DNA from: Stegostoma tigrinum
Taxonomy: Eukaryota
Length of the DNA: 64,000 nt
Assembly: GCF_030684315.1 (NCBI RefSeq)
Contig: NC_081362.1
Location: 89,049,022 to 89,113,021 of the forward strand
Reading direction: 5' to 3'
Shown here piece by piece: positions 14,690-28,000 of the stretch (position 1 is the stretch's first letter; each line of letters opens with the position of its first letter). A program made the position numbers and the translations under genes. The notes below the pieces were generated by a model, which saw only the letters and a program-made list of their open reading frames with translations, ran no database searches and had not been told where the DNA came from.

Positions 14690-15135
14690 GGTAACAAGAA
14701 CTACAGGTACCGGGATCAGAGATAACACAGTGCGGAGCTGGAGGAACACAGCAGGCCAGGCAGCATCAGAGGAGCAGGAAACCTGACATTTTGGGTCAGG
14801 ACCCTTCTTCAGAGTCCAACTTCCCTTTCCACTGCCACAGTCCCACTTCAGGCTTGTCAGCCCATGCCATGCCTCTGCCAGAGTGTGGACCGGAGGCACC
14901 CAAACATTGATGTGGGAGGGAAGAGATTGGGTGAAGACAGAAGTGTGGGAAATGGGTTGGACACAGTTGAGGGCCCTGTCAACCACAGTAGAGGGGAAAT
15001 CCTCAGCTGAGGGAAAAAGTGAATATTTCTCAAGGTCCCCTTGCAGCAGGTGGTGTCTTTAGAACAGAAGCGACAAAGATACTGGGAGAATGGAATGGAA
15101 TCCTTTACAAGAAGCAGCTTGTGAGGATGTTCGTG
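14690..15135 (-). mobile_element. Penelope-like remnant (family A arm + decayed internal sequence)
   Basis: AGATAACACAGTGCGGAGCTGGAGGAACACAGC arm; related segment at about 16400-16540. Confidence 0.55.
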
Positions 15136-15429
15136 TGTCCTTCAGATTGCCAGCATCCACAATTCTTTTTACTGTTAAACTGGGCTGAGTATTACCAGTC
15201 TTCCAGCTTCTGCTTTGTCCTATTGCCATTATGGTTTGCTTCCATCTAGTGGATGATCACGTTCAATGCAGAAACTCATCCACTGAGTCCACTTCAGTAT
15301 AACCGAATCAGGCACCATTCCAACAATCACAACTGTGTGGGTATCTGCTAAACAGGTGCAGAATATCAGTTTTACAATAACATGTCTCTATTGTTTTCAT
15401 GATGTTTTTGAGGCCTAAGGAAAAAATAA

Positions 15430-15600
15430 ATTAAAACCACACCACACCAGGTTATAGTCCAACAGGTTTATTTGAAAACACAAGCTTTTGGAGTCTCTCT
15501 CCTTTTTCAGGTGTTTTCAAATAAACCTGTTGGACTATAACCTGGCGTCGTGAGGTTTTTGACCCGAGCCATTCCAGTCCAACTCAGGCATCTGCACATC
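15430..15600. mobile_element. Palindromic element, family C
   Basis: CCAGGTTATAGTCCAACAGGTTTATTTGAAAACAC and its reverse complement at about 15511-15545. Confidence 0.7.
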
Positions 15601-16889
15601 ATTTATATTTTAATAAAACAAAGAACTGCGGATGCTGGTGATCTGAAACAGTAACAGAAATTGCTGAAGAAACTCAGCAGGTCTAGCAGCATCTGTGGGA
15701 AGAAAGCTGAGTTAATGCAGAGAGTCCAGTGTCTCTTCATCAGAATGGATTTTTATTTTAAGTGCTTTGCAAAGTTCCACAGTGACACAATGCAAAATGA
15801 TTCCAGGCAATTCTCATCCATCACCACATCACAGGTGGGTTAGAGGCAACCCTCTAGTGGTCTGAAATTGTGTGTTCTACTTTGGTGGAAAAGTCATAAT
15901 TAATTTTTCATGAATATAATACAATATGAATTGAGAAGACTGAAATCGTTGTGATGGGGACTGAAGACAATTTTCTGAGCACTGCACCATCCCTCCCCAT
16001 TGTGAGTGGCTAAAGCTGAACCAGACTTGCTGTCACATTTAATTGCAAGTTGAGGTTTCCCTAACCCTAAGCAGAGACCTGCAATTATCACCAAGACCAC
16101 ATATTTCCACATCTTTACTATTCCCATGTCTGCTGTGAGCTTATCTAAAGCTCAGCCAACTGTGTCCGAACTCGCATCAAATTCCATTCACCATTGTCCT
16201 AACTCTTGCTAACTTACACTGGCTCCCTGTCAAGCCATATTTCCATGATAAAATTCTCATCATTTTCAATTCCCTCCACAGCCACTCTTTATCTCTATAA
16301 TCTCCTCCCTTCTTACAACACAGGTTTCAGATACCTGTACACCTTCAGTTTTGGCCTCTCGAGCATCCCAATTTTAATTGCTCCATCATCAATGAGGTGG
16401 GGCGAGTCCTCAGATATGGAAAATGTTGTGGACATTTCTGAGGCCCTCTTCTAGAAGATGGCATTGTCAAAAATGGCATTGAGATGGAGAAACTGGTAGA
16501 ATAGAATAGAGTCCTTACAACGAGCAGGGTGTGAGGATGTTGCTTTGGCCCTACGTTCTGAATGTCCTCTCTCAAGCCCCTCTGCCTCCTCATTGTGCTT
16601 TCCTCCTTTAAGACACCTTCTCATAACATTAGCATTTGGTCATCAACCCAAAACAGTATCTCCTTTTGTGGGTCATTGTTATGCTGTTTTACAATGCTGT
16701 TGTAAAGAAGGATGTCAACACATTAAACAGAGTAGGAGAGATTCATGATATTGGTTCCAGACATGAGAAACATAAGTTATGATGGTAGGCTGGCGAAATT
16801 GGGATGTTTGCCTTGGAGAGGCAGCCAAGGGAAAATTTGATTGAAGTTTTCAAATCATGGGTTCACTAGGTGAAACAGTTTATGGTCTT

Positions 16890-17850
16890 AAAAGGATCAG
16901 GTCTGGGTCCTCTTTTGTTTTTCATTTGTATAAATGATTTGGATGAGAATATAGAAGGCATGGTTAGCAAGTTTGCGGACGACACCAAAATTGGTGGCAT
17001 AGTAAGTAGTGATGAAGGTTTTCTCAGATTACGTAGGGATCTTGATCAAATGGGTCAACGGGCTGAAAAATGACTGATGGAGTTCAATCTAGATAAATGA
17101 GCGTGCTGGCTTTTTGGTACAACAAATAAGGGTAGGGTTTATACAATTAATGGCAGGGCCTTGGGTAGGGTTGTAGAACAGAGGACCTCGGGGTGCAGGT
17201 ACATAGTTCTTTGAAGTTTGCGTCAGAGAGAGAGGGTGGTTAAAAAGGCATTTGGCATGCTTGCCTTCTATACTCAAGGGACTGAGCAAGGGAGTTGGGA
17301 AGTCATGTTGAGGTTATACAGGACATTGATGAGGCCTCTTCTGGTGTACTGTGTCCAGTTCTGGTTGTCCAGTTATAGGAAGGATATTATTAAGCTGGAG
17401 AGGGTTCAGAAGAGATTTACCAGAATGTTACTGGGAATGGAAGGTTTGAGTTACAAAGAAAGAATGGATATGCTGGGACATTTTTCACTACAGCATAGGA
17501 GTTTGAGAGGCAATCTGATAGAAGTTAATAGAGTAATGAGGAGTATAGATAAAGTTAATGATAGTTCTCTTTATCCCCTAAGATGGGGCATTTCTAGACG
17601 AGGGGGCACATTTTTAAGGTGAGAGAAAAGAGATTTAAAAAAGACTTGGGGACAATTTTTATTGAAATCCAAGGGGATGGATGCAGGCACAATTACTACA
17701 TTTAAAAGACATTTGGATAAGTACGTGAATAGGAAAGGTTTGGAAGGATATGGGCCGACAGCAGGCAGGTGGCACTAGTTCGGTTTGGGTTGGTGTTCGG
17801 CTTAGACTGGTTGGACTGGGGAGTCTGTTTCTGTGTCGTGTGACTCTGTA
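16890..17850 (+). mobile_element. 5'-truncated CR1-type LINE
   Basis: LGPLLFFICINDLDENIEGMVSKFADDTKIGG; LERVQKRFTRML. Confidence 0.9.
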
Positions 17851-20800
17851 AGAACAAGATGCTACAGATTTAAAGTGACTTGTAAAAGAAGTAAGTGAGA
17901 TGTGAGAATAAATGGTTTCATGTTGCAAGCGGTTTGGTATAGATTGCAGTACCTGAAAGGATTTTACCTCAACTGAGGTAAGAGAACACTTTTTGATTAT
18001 TTATGTGCAGGATGAAGGGGATTGGCACTAAGTCAAGATGTTTATTCAAACAGCTGGTGCAAACATGATGGACTGAATGACCTTCTGCTGCACTACTGTA
18101 ATTTTGTAAATACCCATTTTACTCATGACAAATAGACAGGCCTATCTTCTCTGCATCACACTGAATCAATCAGCACAAATGGTGGTTGTAAGGGACCTCT
18201 CAGCGCCATTTCTACTCATTAAATTATTTCTGTGCTTATTTCCACAATCTCTGGAAGTCTAGTGCACAGGGTGCTTCAGACCATCTTTTGTGGAAGAGTT
18301 CACATATCCAATATGTCAAACATTAGACAGAAAGGTGACTTCTGGACTTGTGTGTGAATGATGTGTCACTTATCCAATCTCGGTCATCAGACATGTCAGT
18401 GGTGTTCAGACATTGAAAAATAATGAAGTTACGACTTCAGACTGATTAACTGTGGATAAGGGGCAGAATCAACAAAATCTCTGATCAGCAGAACATGTAA
18501 TTAGGTACATATTCCATTTAGCCCAAACAGCACAAGGCCACAGGGCAAAGAAAGTGGTGAGACAACAGTACCAATCAACCGTTTGGCCTTTCCTCATTCC
18601 CTATATAATAAAGTCACTGATGATAAAACTTCAATTTCTCAAAACCAGGAAACTTCCCCCGAGAAGATAAAGGATCAAAATTAGCATCAATTACGTAAAA
18701 TAACAAATTGTACATTGGATTATTTGGTTTCATTGGAACACACAAAAATAAATTAAAAGTGGCTACTGCTGTTCCTCATCAGACCATCTATGTCCTTCAC
18801 AATTCCAGTTGAAGTGTTCTTTCCAATCCTGCAGATTGAGAGTGGAATGTAATTTAGTGGGGGAAGCCTGATAACTGGCTCTATTTCGTTGTGTGGTGCA
18901 TTGACATTCCTATATATGAGCGATTAACAAACAGCTTTGATAACCACTTTAAAGAATGCCTTTGTGTATTCAAACTTGATTCTAGCTTCTTTGTAGTGAA
19001 ATTTCTCATATGTATTGCATTTTGGCAAAACGTCCCTTCAGAGTGTCACATTGTGTGAAAAAAGGATTTCAAAGTGCAGGTAACAAACTTTGACTATTCC
19101 ATTTGCATTGGTATCAACCAAATGCCTTGGAGTAATACCTTTGATAACAGTATGTAGGCAGAAAGGAGGCAGACAGAGAACAAAATGAGGGAAGGGGTTG
19201 AAAATAAACAACAAAATCTCAATTATTTCACAATTATTTATGAAAGCAGCTCATAATTCCCCTTCCAAAAGTTAATAGTCCTGGATCTACCACACAGGCT
19301 TTTACTTACTAAACTCATGATGTTGCTCATTTTTGTTCAAAAATGTGGCATACTATGCATACACAATTCTTCCCCTTTGAACAAAGCTCAGTGATAACAG
19401 GGGTCAACCTGAAATGTTAACTTTCTCCTCTCCAAGGATGCTGGTTAACCTCCTGAATGTTTTCCAATGTTTTTCTGTTTCAATCATGGAAAGGGTGAAC
19501 CAATCCAAATTATTTGCAAAGCCACACAGGAAGAGTGAACTGCTATAAATGTCACTAAACAATAAGTGTTTTGACTAACTAAAGGTACAGAATCACACTG
19601 ATTGGGAAGAATGCCACATGTGTTGATGATTTAGAACAGAGGTCTCAGATAAAGGTTTTTGGTCTACACCATGAGTAGTACTAAAAAAGGCAGCAATTAT
19701 GGGTTATTTATACAGTGTACATGGGTCTGTAAGGGGGTAAGTTTAGTGACCTTGGAATTTTCAGCTGTGAACTATTAATAAAAAGTGCATGTATAAAGTA
19801 CTCAGTAATCTCAGCTGCTCAAACCCCTTGTCAAAATTGGAATCCATTCATCCCAGTAACCATCCTAGTAAATCTCCACTGCACTCTCTCCAAGGCTTTG
19901 AGATAACTCCAAAGTCTGGTGCTCAGGACTGAAAACTACTTCAAAAGGTCACATAACTCGTGATCTAATGGTTTAGCATGGAGTGAAGAATTGTGCCAAA
20001 GTTTCCACCTTCATTGTCCATTCAAAACAAGCTTTGCTTAAAAAAAAACAACAGGTCTGGCTTTACTAGTTTCTACCCATCTGCTGGTCCAGCTATTGTT
20101 GTTTCACTGAAGGCCATGCTCTGGATTCACCTTCTGTATCTCACATGTTATGACTGTTATAAAAGGTTCCTCCTCGTTCAGCACCTTTCAAACTGAGTTT
20201 TTATTATGCAATTCCTCCCTACTTTGTTTTTTGATAGTGGAGTTACAAATATACATTTTCATTGAAAAAAGTTCATACACTTGAAACAAAATATAAAAAT
20301 CCTTATAAAACAATAATCAATTAATACACATAGTAAAGTCAAAAGAACATCAGTTAATTACATTTGTGTGGATGCCTATTAGATTGATGGACATAATGCA
20401 CTCCTACAGTGGGTGATCAATACACTATGCGAAGCACTTTGAGGCCAGGATGAGAAAAGCACCAATGGTATGCCAGATTTTACACTTTGGATTCTACTAG
20501 AATATTGATGTTTTCTAATGGAAGCTATGTGGACACCAGTGAGGATCAGAGAACCAGTCCCCCACCAAATGCTTTCCAGTTAAGGTTTTATAAAACATAT
20601 ATCACAAATAGGGTGGCCTCAAAAATCAACTGGAAACCATTTTCATTTGTAGTGGAAGCGTCATCATCGATAAGTCTCCTTTATGGAATTTATCACACAT
20701 CAAGGACTTGCAAGTTTCTTCTTCCATGTCATTGAACTTCCATTTATATAGACCTTTTCACCACCACAGAACGGCTTGAAGAAGTTTACGGCCAATCAAA

Positions 20801-21404
20801 TAGTTTTGAAGTACAATCACCCACTAATTTGCACAGAGAAAGCTCCTACGAAGAGTAAATGAAAACTGTCCAAATGCTGTATTGATCGATAATTAAGTTT
20901 TGGTCACTGTCATCAGGGAGAACGCCACTGTTCTTTTTCTGTCCTTGTACCTTTTATGTGCACCTGAAAAGGCTGATGAATCTGGTTTAATGTTTAATCA
21001 AAAGGTCAGCCCTACTGATAGTGCCACACTCTCAGTACAGCACTGAAGCATCAGTCTACATTTTTCTGAAGTCTCTGCAGTGGGAATTCTACTCCACAAC
21101 TTTATGAATCAAAAGCACTATCAGCTCAGCCACAGCCAACATCAGCATTATGCTATCAATTGATTAACTATCCCCTTTCACTCGTAAAATTTCAAGCTGT
21201 ACATGCGTGGTTAGGGAATGAGATCAAAGCCTTTGTCCAGCCTTAAGGTCAAGGTGAAGTTTTTAAACCCCTCAAGCCTCACATTTGCCATTTTGTCAGC
21301 ATCTGCTTGTGTGTGAATCTGAACAGAGGATTAAGGGTTGATCTAATTGAGATTACCTAGCACAATACTTACAATGATTAATGGTTTTGGGTTGCAGAGT
21401 CAAT

Positions 21405-21450
21405 GAGAGAGAGACAGACAGACAGACAGAGAGATACACACACAGAGAGA
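21405..21450. repeat. (GA)n/(GACA)n/(CA)n microsatellite downstream of the INTS9 stop codon
   Basis: gagagagagacagacagacagacagagagatacacacacagagag. Confidence 0.7.
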
Positions 21451-21865
21451 AAAAAAGCAAAAAAAGAAAAAGGAAACCTTTCCTCTAATGCACAATTCTA
21501 AAACAAGGTTAGCACAGCCTTAAAACTCGAGCTTGGCTGTTCAGAGTAACGTTAGAAAACTGTCCATGGCAAGTTAAAATCCAGAACTCTCCAAAAACTA
21601 TTAAGACTGGGCAGTCAATTGAAAATTGCAAAACCTAAGTTTGATAGATTTTTGATAGGTGAAATTATTAAGGGTTACATAAGCAAGATGAAGCTATAGA
21701 ACACCCATGATCTAAACAAATGGTACAACTGGCTTCAGGGACTAAAACGGCCCATTCCTATGACAGTGCATAGTATCCTCTGACAACCATTTATATCATG
21801 CTCCGGTCAGTGAGTCTGAAATTCACAAGCTACTAAAAATTAGTCACAAAAGGTCAAAGCCTCAC

Positions 21866-22042
21866 TCATAGCTTTTGTAGAAATTTGAGGACTAAGTCAC
21901 GGAGCTTGGTGCGAAGTGGTTCATTGTTGTCACAAATAATATGAGTGGAATCTTCTTCAATTTGGACGAGTGTATCTTCAGACTGAAGGTGGACAATATG
22001 TCCCTCCGGCGTGTCTTCAACTTTGACATCTGTGATGCCATG
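21866..22042 (-). CDS. INTS9: INTS9 exon 17 (last coding exon)
   Basis: [58 protein letters not shown] then TGA at 21868-21866. Confidence 0.96.
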   Translation of the reverse strand, partial: HGITDVKVEDTPEGHIVHLQSEDTLVQIEEDSTHIICDNNEPLRTKLRDLVLKFLQKL

Positions 22043-25000
22043 CTGTGGGGAAATGAGGAGACACGTTACTGACAGTGGTGGTGTGCATCCAGTTGCTTCT
22101 CAACTAAAATGCTACTTAAAAACAACAAACAGATGTGAGGCACATTGATTTGGGAGTATCTCAAATAAGACATAATAAATTACGTCACTAGAATGAAAAT
22201 ATGGATTGAAAACCCTTCTGCTCATTAAGCTTCCTCCCTCCCTCAGGACCAAACCATTCACTGGAGTTCACAAGGTGAGAAAAATGATAAGAAAATGAAG
22301 ATTACTTCCAAAAAAAGCCGTGCTCACTGCAAAACCTATAAAACATCAAGCATTGGAACAAGAGAAGTGAGCTCGGAACGTGGCTCCTTTTGATGATCCG
22401 CCTCAGTCAGAGGGTGGTGAATCGGTGGAACTCATGGCCTCCACAGCCCTCTGTGGCAAAGTCATTGAGTTTAAGACAGAGATGGACAGGTTCTTGATTA
22501 GTAAGGGGAACAAGGGTTATAGGAAGAAGGCTGGAGAATGTAGCTGAGAAACACATTAGCCACTATCAAATGGAAGAACAGGCTCAATGGCCCAACTCTG
22601 TTCTGATATCCTATGGTCTAACTTTGGAGAAAGACAGACTGACCCCAATGTGTGCTCCCTCAATCACTCCCTAGACTAGAGAATTTGAGGTATTCGAGGG
22701 ACTTCACAGTATAAACACACATACACAGGTCAGATCAAAGAATCATTGACATTTGCAGTTATTTTTAAAATACTTAAAAGCTACTATGAAGACAGCTGGG
22801 AAAATTTATAAGCTGAAGAACTACTTGTAAATGGCACTAGACAGACTGATGGAGTATTGTTTCTGTCATGATGATCATCCAGACACACTGGGCCAAATTT
22901 CCTCGTTCTGCACAATAACAATGTCATAATTTTATGAAGCAAGGGGAAGTACGGTGTATTACCTCAAATGGGAGGAAAAGCTCAAACTCCTTTAGTCACA
23001 ATGATTCAATACGTCAACTGCAAAGTGTCAGGGTCACTATCACCATCAAACATTGACCTTAAAATCGTTCTCTTGGGTGTTTTCTGTGACTCTAAGAAGT
23101 TCAACAACACAAACTGAAATGTCCCAAAGTACTTACAATATGTACAAAATGTCCCAAAGCACTTAAAAGAAGCATGCATAACAGCCCAAAATAACCCAAA
23201 GCTGCATTAGCAACTATTAGTAAAGGTGATTAAAGAGCCTGGAGTAGGTGTTAAACCAGGATTCCCAAACTGTGGCTCCTGAGCCCAATCTTTTCTCTCG
23301 TAGTCACTTCCAAAGTCAATGCAGCCTCAAACTGGCAAGAAGAGGAAGCGGGCAAATGATGATACTCCTGAATTCAAACCTCCCAAACCGCTACTGTGTG
23401 GTTCGATCACCATTGAACAATTTGTACAGAGCCATCACAGTGGGGTCACGAGCTCCAAGACAGCAACAGCTGCTGCCAGCTCAAACTGATTGCTAAGAAG
23501 GCTCTTTAAGTTCTCAGTTACTTTATTCTTTCTTGGGATATGAGGCCAGCATTTGTTGTCCATCCCTGAATGGCTCGCTTGGACATTTCAGAGGACAGTT
23601 AAGACTCAACTGTATTGCTGTGGGCCTGGAGTCAGAGGTAAATCACACACTGGCTAAGGGTGGCAGATTTCCTTCCCCAAAGGATCATTGAATCTCTACA
23701 GTGTAAAACCTGGCCATCCGGCCCACCGAGTCCACATCGACCTTCCCAACAGCAGCCCAGCCAGACTCACCCCCTACTCTATCCCTGTAATCCTGCATCT
23801 CCATGGCTAATCCACCCCACTTGCACATCCCTGGACACTATGGCCAACCCACCTAACCTGCACATCTTTGGACAGTGGGAGGAAACTGGAGCACCCAGAA
23901 GAATCCCACATGGACAGTGGGAGAATGTGCAAACTCCACACAGACAGTCATCCAAGTGTGGAATTGAACCCTCAGTGCTAACCACTGAGCCACAATGTCG
24001 TGGATAATCAATATAGTTTTGTGGCACCATTTCTCAGACTGGCTTTCAATTCCAGGTCTTTAGTAATTGAATTCAAATTCTACCAGTTGTTGTGGTTGGA
24101 CTTGAGCTCATGTTCCCAGAGCAAAAGCCTTGGATAACTAGCCCAATGGCATTAGCCCACAAAAAGTTGTGGATTTTTTCTTTGTAGAATCTGGACTTTT
24201 CTTGAACTCCCTTACTGCCCAACTCATGCCCCCTCTATCTTAACAACTATGAAGCCTTTGCTTCCTACCCCTCGCTCAATGGCGAATTTTCAATCTGGCT
24301 TCACACAAGATTTAAAGTATTTAAAGTGGGATCGCACAAGGATAAAGTTTGGGAAGCACTACCTTAAGCAGGGATTTAAAGATAGAATGAAAAGATGGAA
24401 AGGCATAGGGCAGGAATTCTGGTGTTTAGGGCCTTGGTAGCTGAAGACATGGCTACTACTAATGAAGCAGAGGATCTGGGAAATCCCAGGATAGCAGAAT
24501 TGATACTTACCTTCTCTAGGCTCTGTACAAATTGTTCAATGGTGATCGAACCACACAGTAGCGGTTTGGGAGGTTTGAATTCAGGAGTATCATCATTTGC
24601 CCGCTTCCTCTTCTTGCCAGTTTGAGGCTGCATTGACTTTGGAAGTGACTACGAGAGAAAAGATTGGAATATCACAATGTATTTAGTAAAAATGTAACGG
24701 AGCAATTAAGACACACTCAGTACTTCATTCCACTGCTTTGAGGGATGGTGTGTAATGATAAATTTATTCACATCATACAATCCCCTGATCTAAGAAATCA
24801 GTCACAAAATTAAGCAGCTTCACTTCAGAACCAAAAACAAACTGCTGGAGAAACTCAGATAACAAGGCGTAGAGCTGGATGAACACAGCAGGCCAAGCAG
24901 CAGAAAAGCTGACATTTTGGGCCAAGACCCTTCTTCATTTTCTGAAGAAAGAGGGATGAAAATCTGCTATCCTTACCTGTGTTAGCCTATATATGACACC

Positions 25001-28000
25001 AGACTATCAGCAATGCCCTCGAGATGATTGGGGATGGGCAATAAATGCTGACCCAAATGGAGATGAAGAAATAAATGAAAATCTTGCATTTAACAAGGTT
25101 AGAAAGGTCCAAAGTACTTTAAAATCAATGACTTTCCTCTGAAGTGGTATTACTGCTGTAAAGTATAAAAACATTGAATGTGCTTGTGCACAGCACGCTC
25201 CCACCAACAGTAATGAGCTAAATGATCATGTTACTTCTTTCGATCATGCTGGCTGAAAGTAAACATTGACGAGAACATTTGATGAACACTGCTTTTTTGA
25301 AGTTATGCCATACTTTATGTTCATCTATAACTGTATCTTGTACTAGCGATGAAAAGTCTATGTGAGCACTAATGAACAGCAGTTAACCATGCCACAAGTT
25401 TCTGCTTGGGGTTGGGGGAGAAAGAGAGAAAAAGAGGGGTAAAGCTGATGACATCCTACCTGTGGTGCTTCCACACATCTCCCAACTAGCATCAATTATT
25501 TACGTAGGTTAAGTGAAATTGTGGAAAATAAATCCAATTCAAGTCTTTTGGGCTAGTGTAATTTTATGACTAACCTGCAGAATGTGCTTATTGTCTTTGG
25601 TCTGTAGTACTGCAGACACAGTTACCATGGAAATGCCAGGTTTTATCTCAGAAGGCACCAGGGACTCGGCGAGCTGTAAAACAATGATAGTACAAGAGGA
25701 ATTAAAATCAGGGACGGCAAGAAAAAAACTTGGATACATACGTCACCTTTCATAACTATTTGATATCTCTAGGTGCTGTATAGCCAACAATGTATGTTTA
25801 TTTTCTGAATGAAGCGTAGTCACTGCTGTATTAAAAATGCAGCAGGCAAGCTACGCACACAGCAAGTTGCCACAACCGCATTCTGATAATGACCAGGCCA
25901 ACTATTTTAGACACGCCGGTCAGAGATAAATATTGGCCAGGAAATTGGGAAAAATCCCCCTCTTCTTCAAAATTGTGTCATGGGATCTTTCATGCCCACC
26001 AGAAGAGGTAAATGGGACCAAGGTGAAGGACAGCATCTCTAACTGTGAAGCAGCATTTTCTTATTTTCTATAAGCGCAAACTTTGGACAAAAATACAGTG
26101 ACTACAAAACATTTCCCAATCTATGGTAAACCAGTGTATTGGGAAAGAAACATTTAACCCATCCTACCTGCAGTTTGCCACATGCTATTTAAATCTGCAG
26201 ACTGCAAGCAGTCTGACATGGCAAGAGGCTATCTTTTCTCTCCCACAACGCACTGGCCATGAATTAAGTTTTCTAATCTCAGTCGCTGTCTTCCAGCAAA
26301 CTTCTCAATTCACGGCTGATGTCAGCTTTCAATATAAGCTTGAAGGAGAGTCCAAGCTCATCCTCACAATGGTGTTAAGTTTAAGGCTTGAGAGGGAGGG
26401 AGGGCCAAGAGGGAGGAATGAAGGAGCAACAAAAGTAAAACAAACAGAGTGAATAAATATAACTGCACCAATAGATCAAAAACAGCCACTCACTTACATC
26501 AGGCATGAGCTCAATCTTCTCATAGCGCCGTTTGAAGGGGAGGGTCAGCACTTCAGCCCTCCGGTAGGCCATTGGTGGGGGCTGGCAGTCAATCATCAGA
26601 TCAGTGCGGTGCGATTGGGCAGGTGGAGGTTGAGTATATTGTTCTGGACACACAACATGCAATGGCTGGAAAACCAAAACAGGGAGTGTTGATGGGTAGG
26701 GGTGCAAAACACTAAATAACATTTTACTGATCAGTCCCACAGTCTGACATTCACTGACAGTGTGGGTTGGGTAGGATTAAAAAAAGAGGCCATTTCATCT
26801 CCCTTGGGACTGGTCGATCTTCACATTTCCTCAAGTTCTAATGAGGAAATGCCACTGCACGGAATTGTAAATCCTTTTCAAGGTACAATGATGCTAAGCG
26901 ACTCTGGCCTCATCATACATGGTTGCAGAAAATTTACGTGTATTTGTAATAACGCACTTTACTGATTATGGTATTGTTACACTAGCAAAGGGATTGAGTG
27001 CTATAGATCAGCCAGAGGCAAGCTGGAAACAAAACAAAGGGAAGTAAAACTCCCCAAGATCATTTGAGAAACAGATGGATTAGCAGAGATTGGCTTACTC
27101 TGTTCGCACCTATTTTGCAAAGTGAAAACAACTCTATATTTGACAATTCATCAGCCAACATTCACGCAAACAGAATGTGCAGTATCTTTGGCCTGATATG
27201 CTGCATCACATGATTTATAAAACGTTAAGATAATACATATATTGGCAAAAAAATTATTTTAGACTTTATTTGGCAAGAGTAGCATTTGTTGCCCATCTAT
27301 CATTGCTCTCAAAATGAGTCACTTACATCCCATTCCAGAAGACAGTCAACCAAATTCCTGCGAGCCAGGAATCATGTCAACCAGGCTCGGTAAGGATGTC
27401 AAATTTCTTTCTTCAAAAGGGTTCACTAATGTCACTTAAGGAAGGAAATCTGCCATCCTTACCCAGTCTGGCCTACATGTGACTCCAGACCAAGTGCAAT
27501 GTGGTTGACTCTCAACTGTCCTCTTGGGCAATTAGAAATGGGGAATAAACACGGGCCTGGCCAACAACATCCATGTTCTGTGAATGAATTAAGAAGAAAT
27601 TCATGAACCAGATGGGGTTTTTATGATAATCGACAATGGTTTCACCGTCACTATTGAGACTGGCTTTACATTCCATATTTAATAACTGGGTTTAAATTCC
27701 ACCAGCTGCTGTAATGGGATTTGTTCCCATGTCCCCAGAATTTTAGCCTGGGCCTCTTGATTGCTAGCCCAGTGACATTACCTATATGCCACCATCTCCA
27801 TCACTGATTGAAGTTTTCTGCTTTCTCCTGACTAAAATGACAAAAGAATGACACCAATCAACATACCTGAACCTCCTTCAATAATTTTGAAACTTGAATG
27901 AAGTTTAATCGAGTATCAATTGGACAGTAAACACATTTCATAGCCAGTGGCTGGTATGGTGCCAAAGCGTCGAGATAGGAGAAATCCGGTTCTGGAAGGA

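Noticed and set aside
18000-21865. INTS9 polyadenylation site
   Set aside because: Several AATAAA-type candidates on minus (e.g. about 20200 and 18041); none can be chosen from sequence alone.
23248-23496. 82-aa plus-strand ORF over the inverted exon copy
   Set aside because: Out-of-frame reading of the duplicated exon plus flanks; the copy has no donor and no sign of a plus-strand gene.
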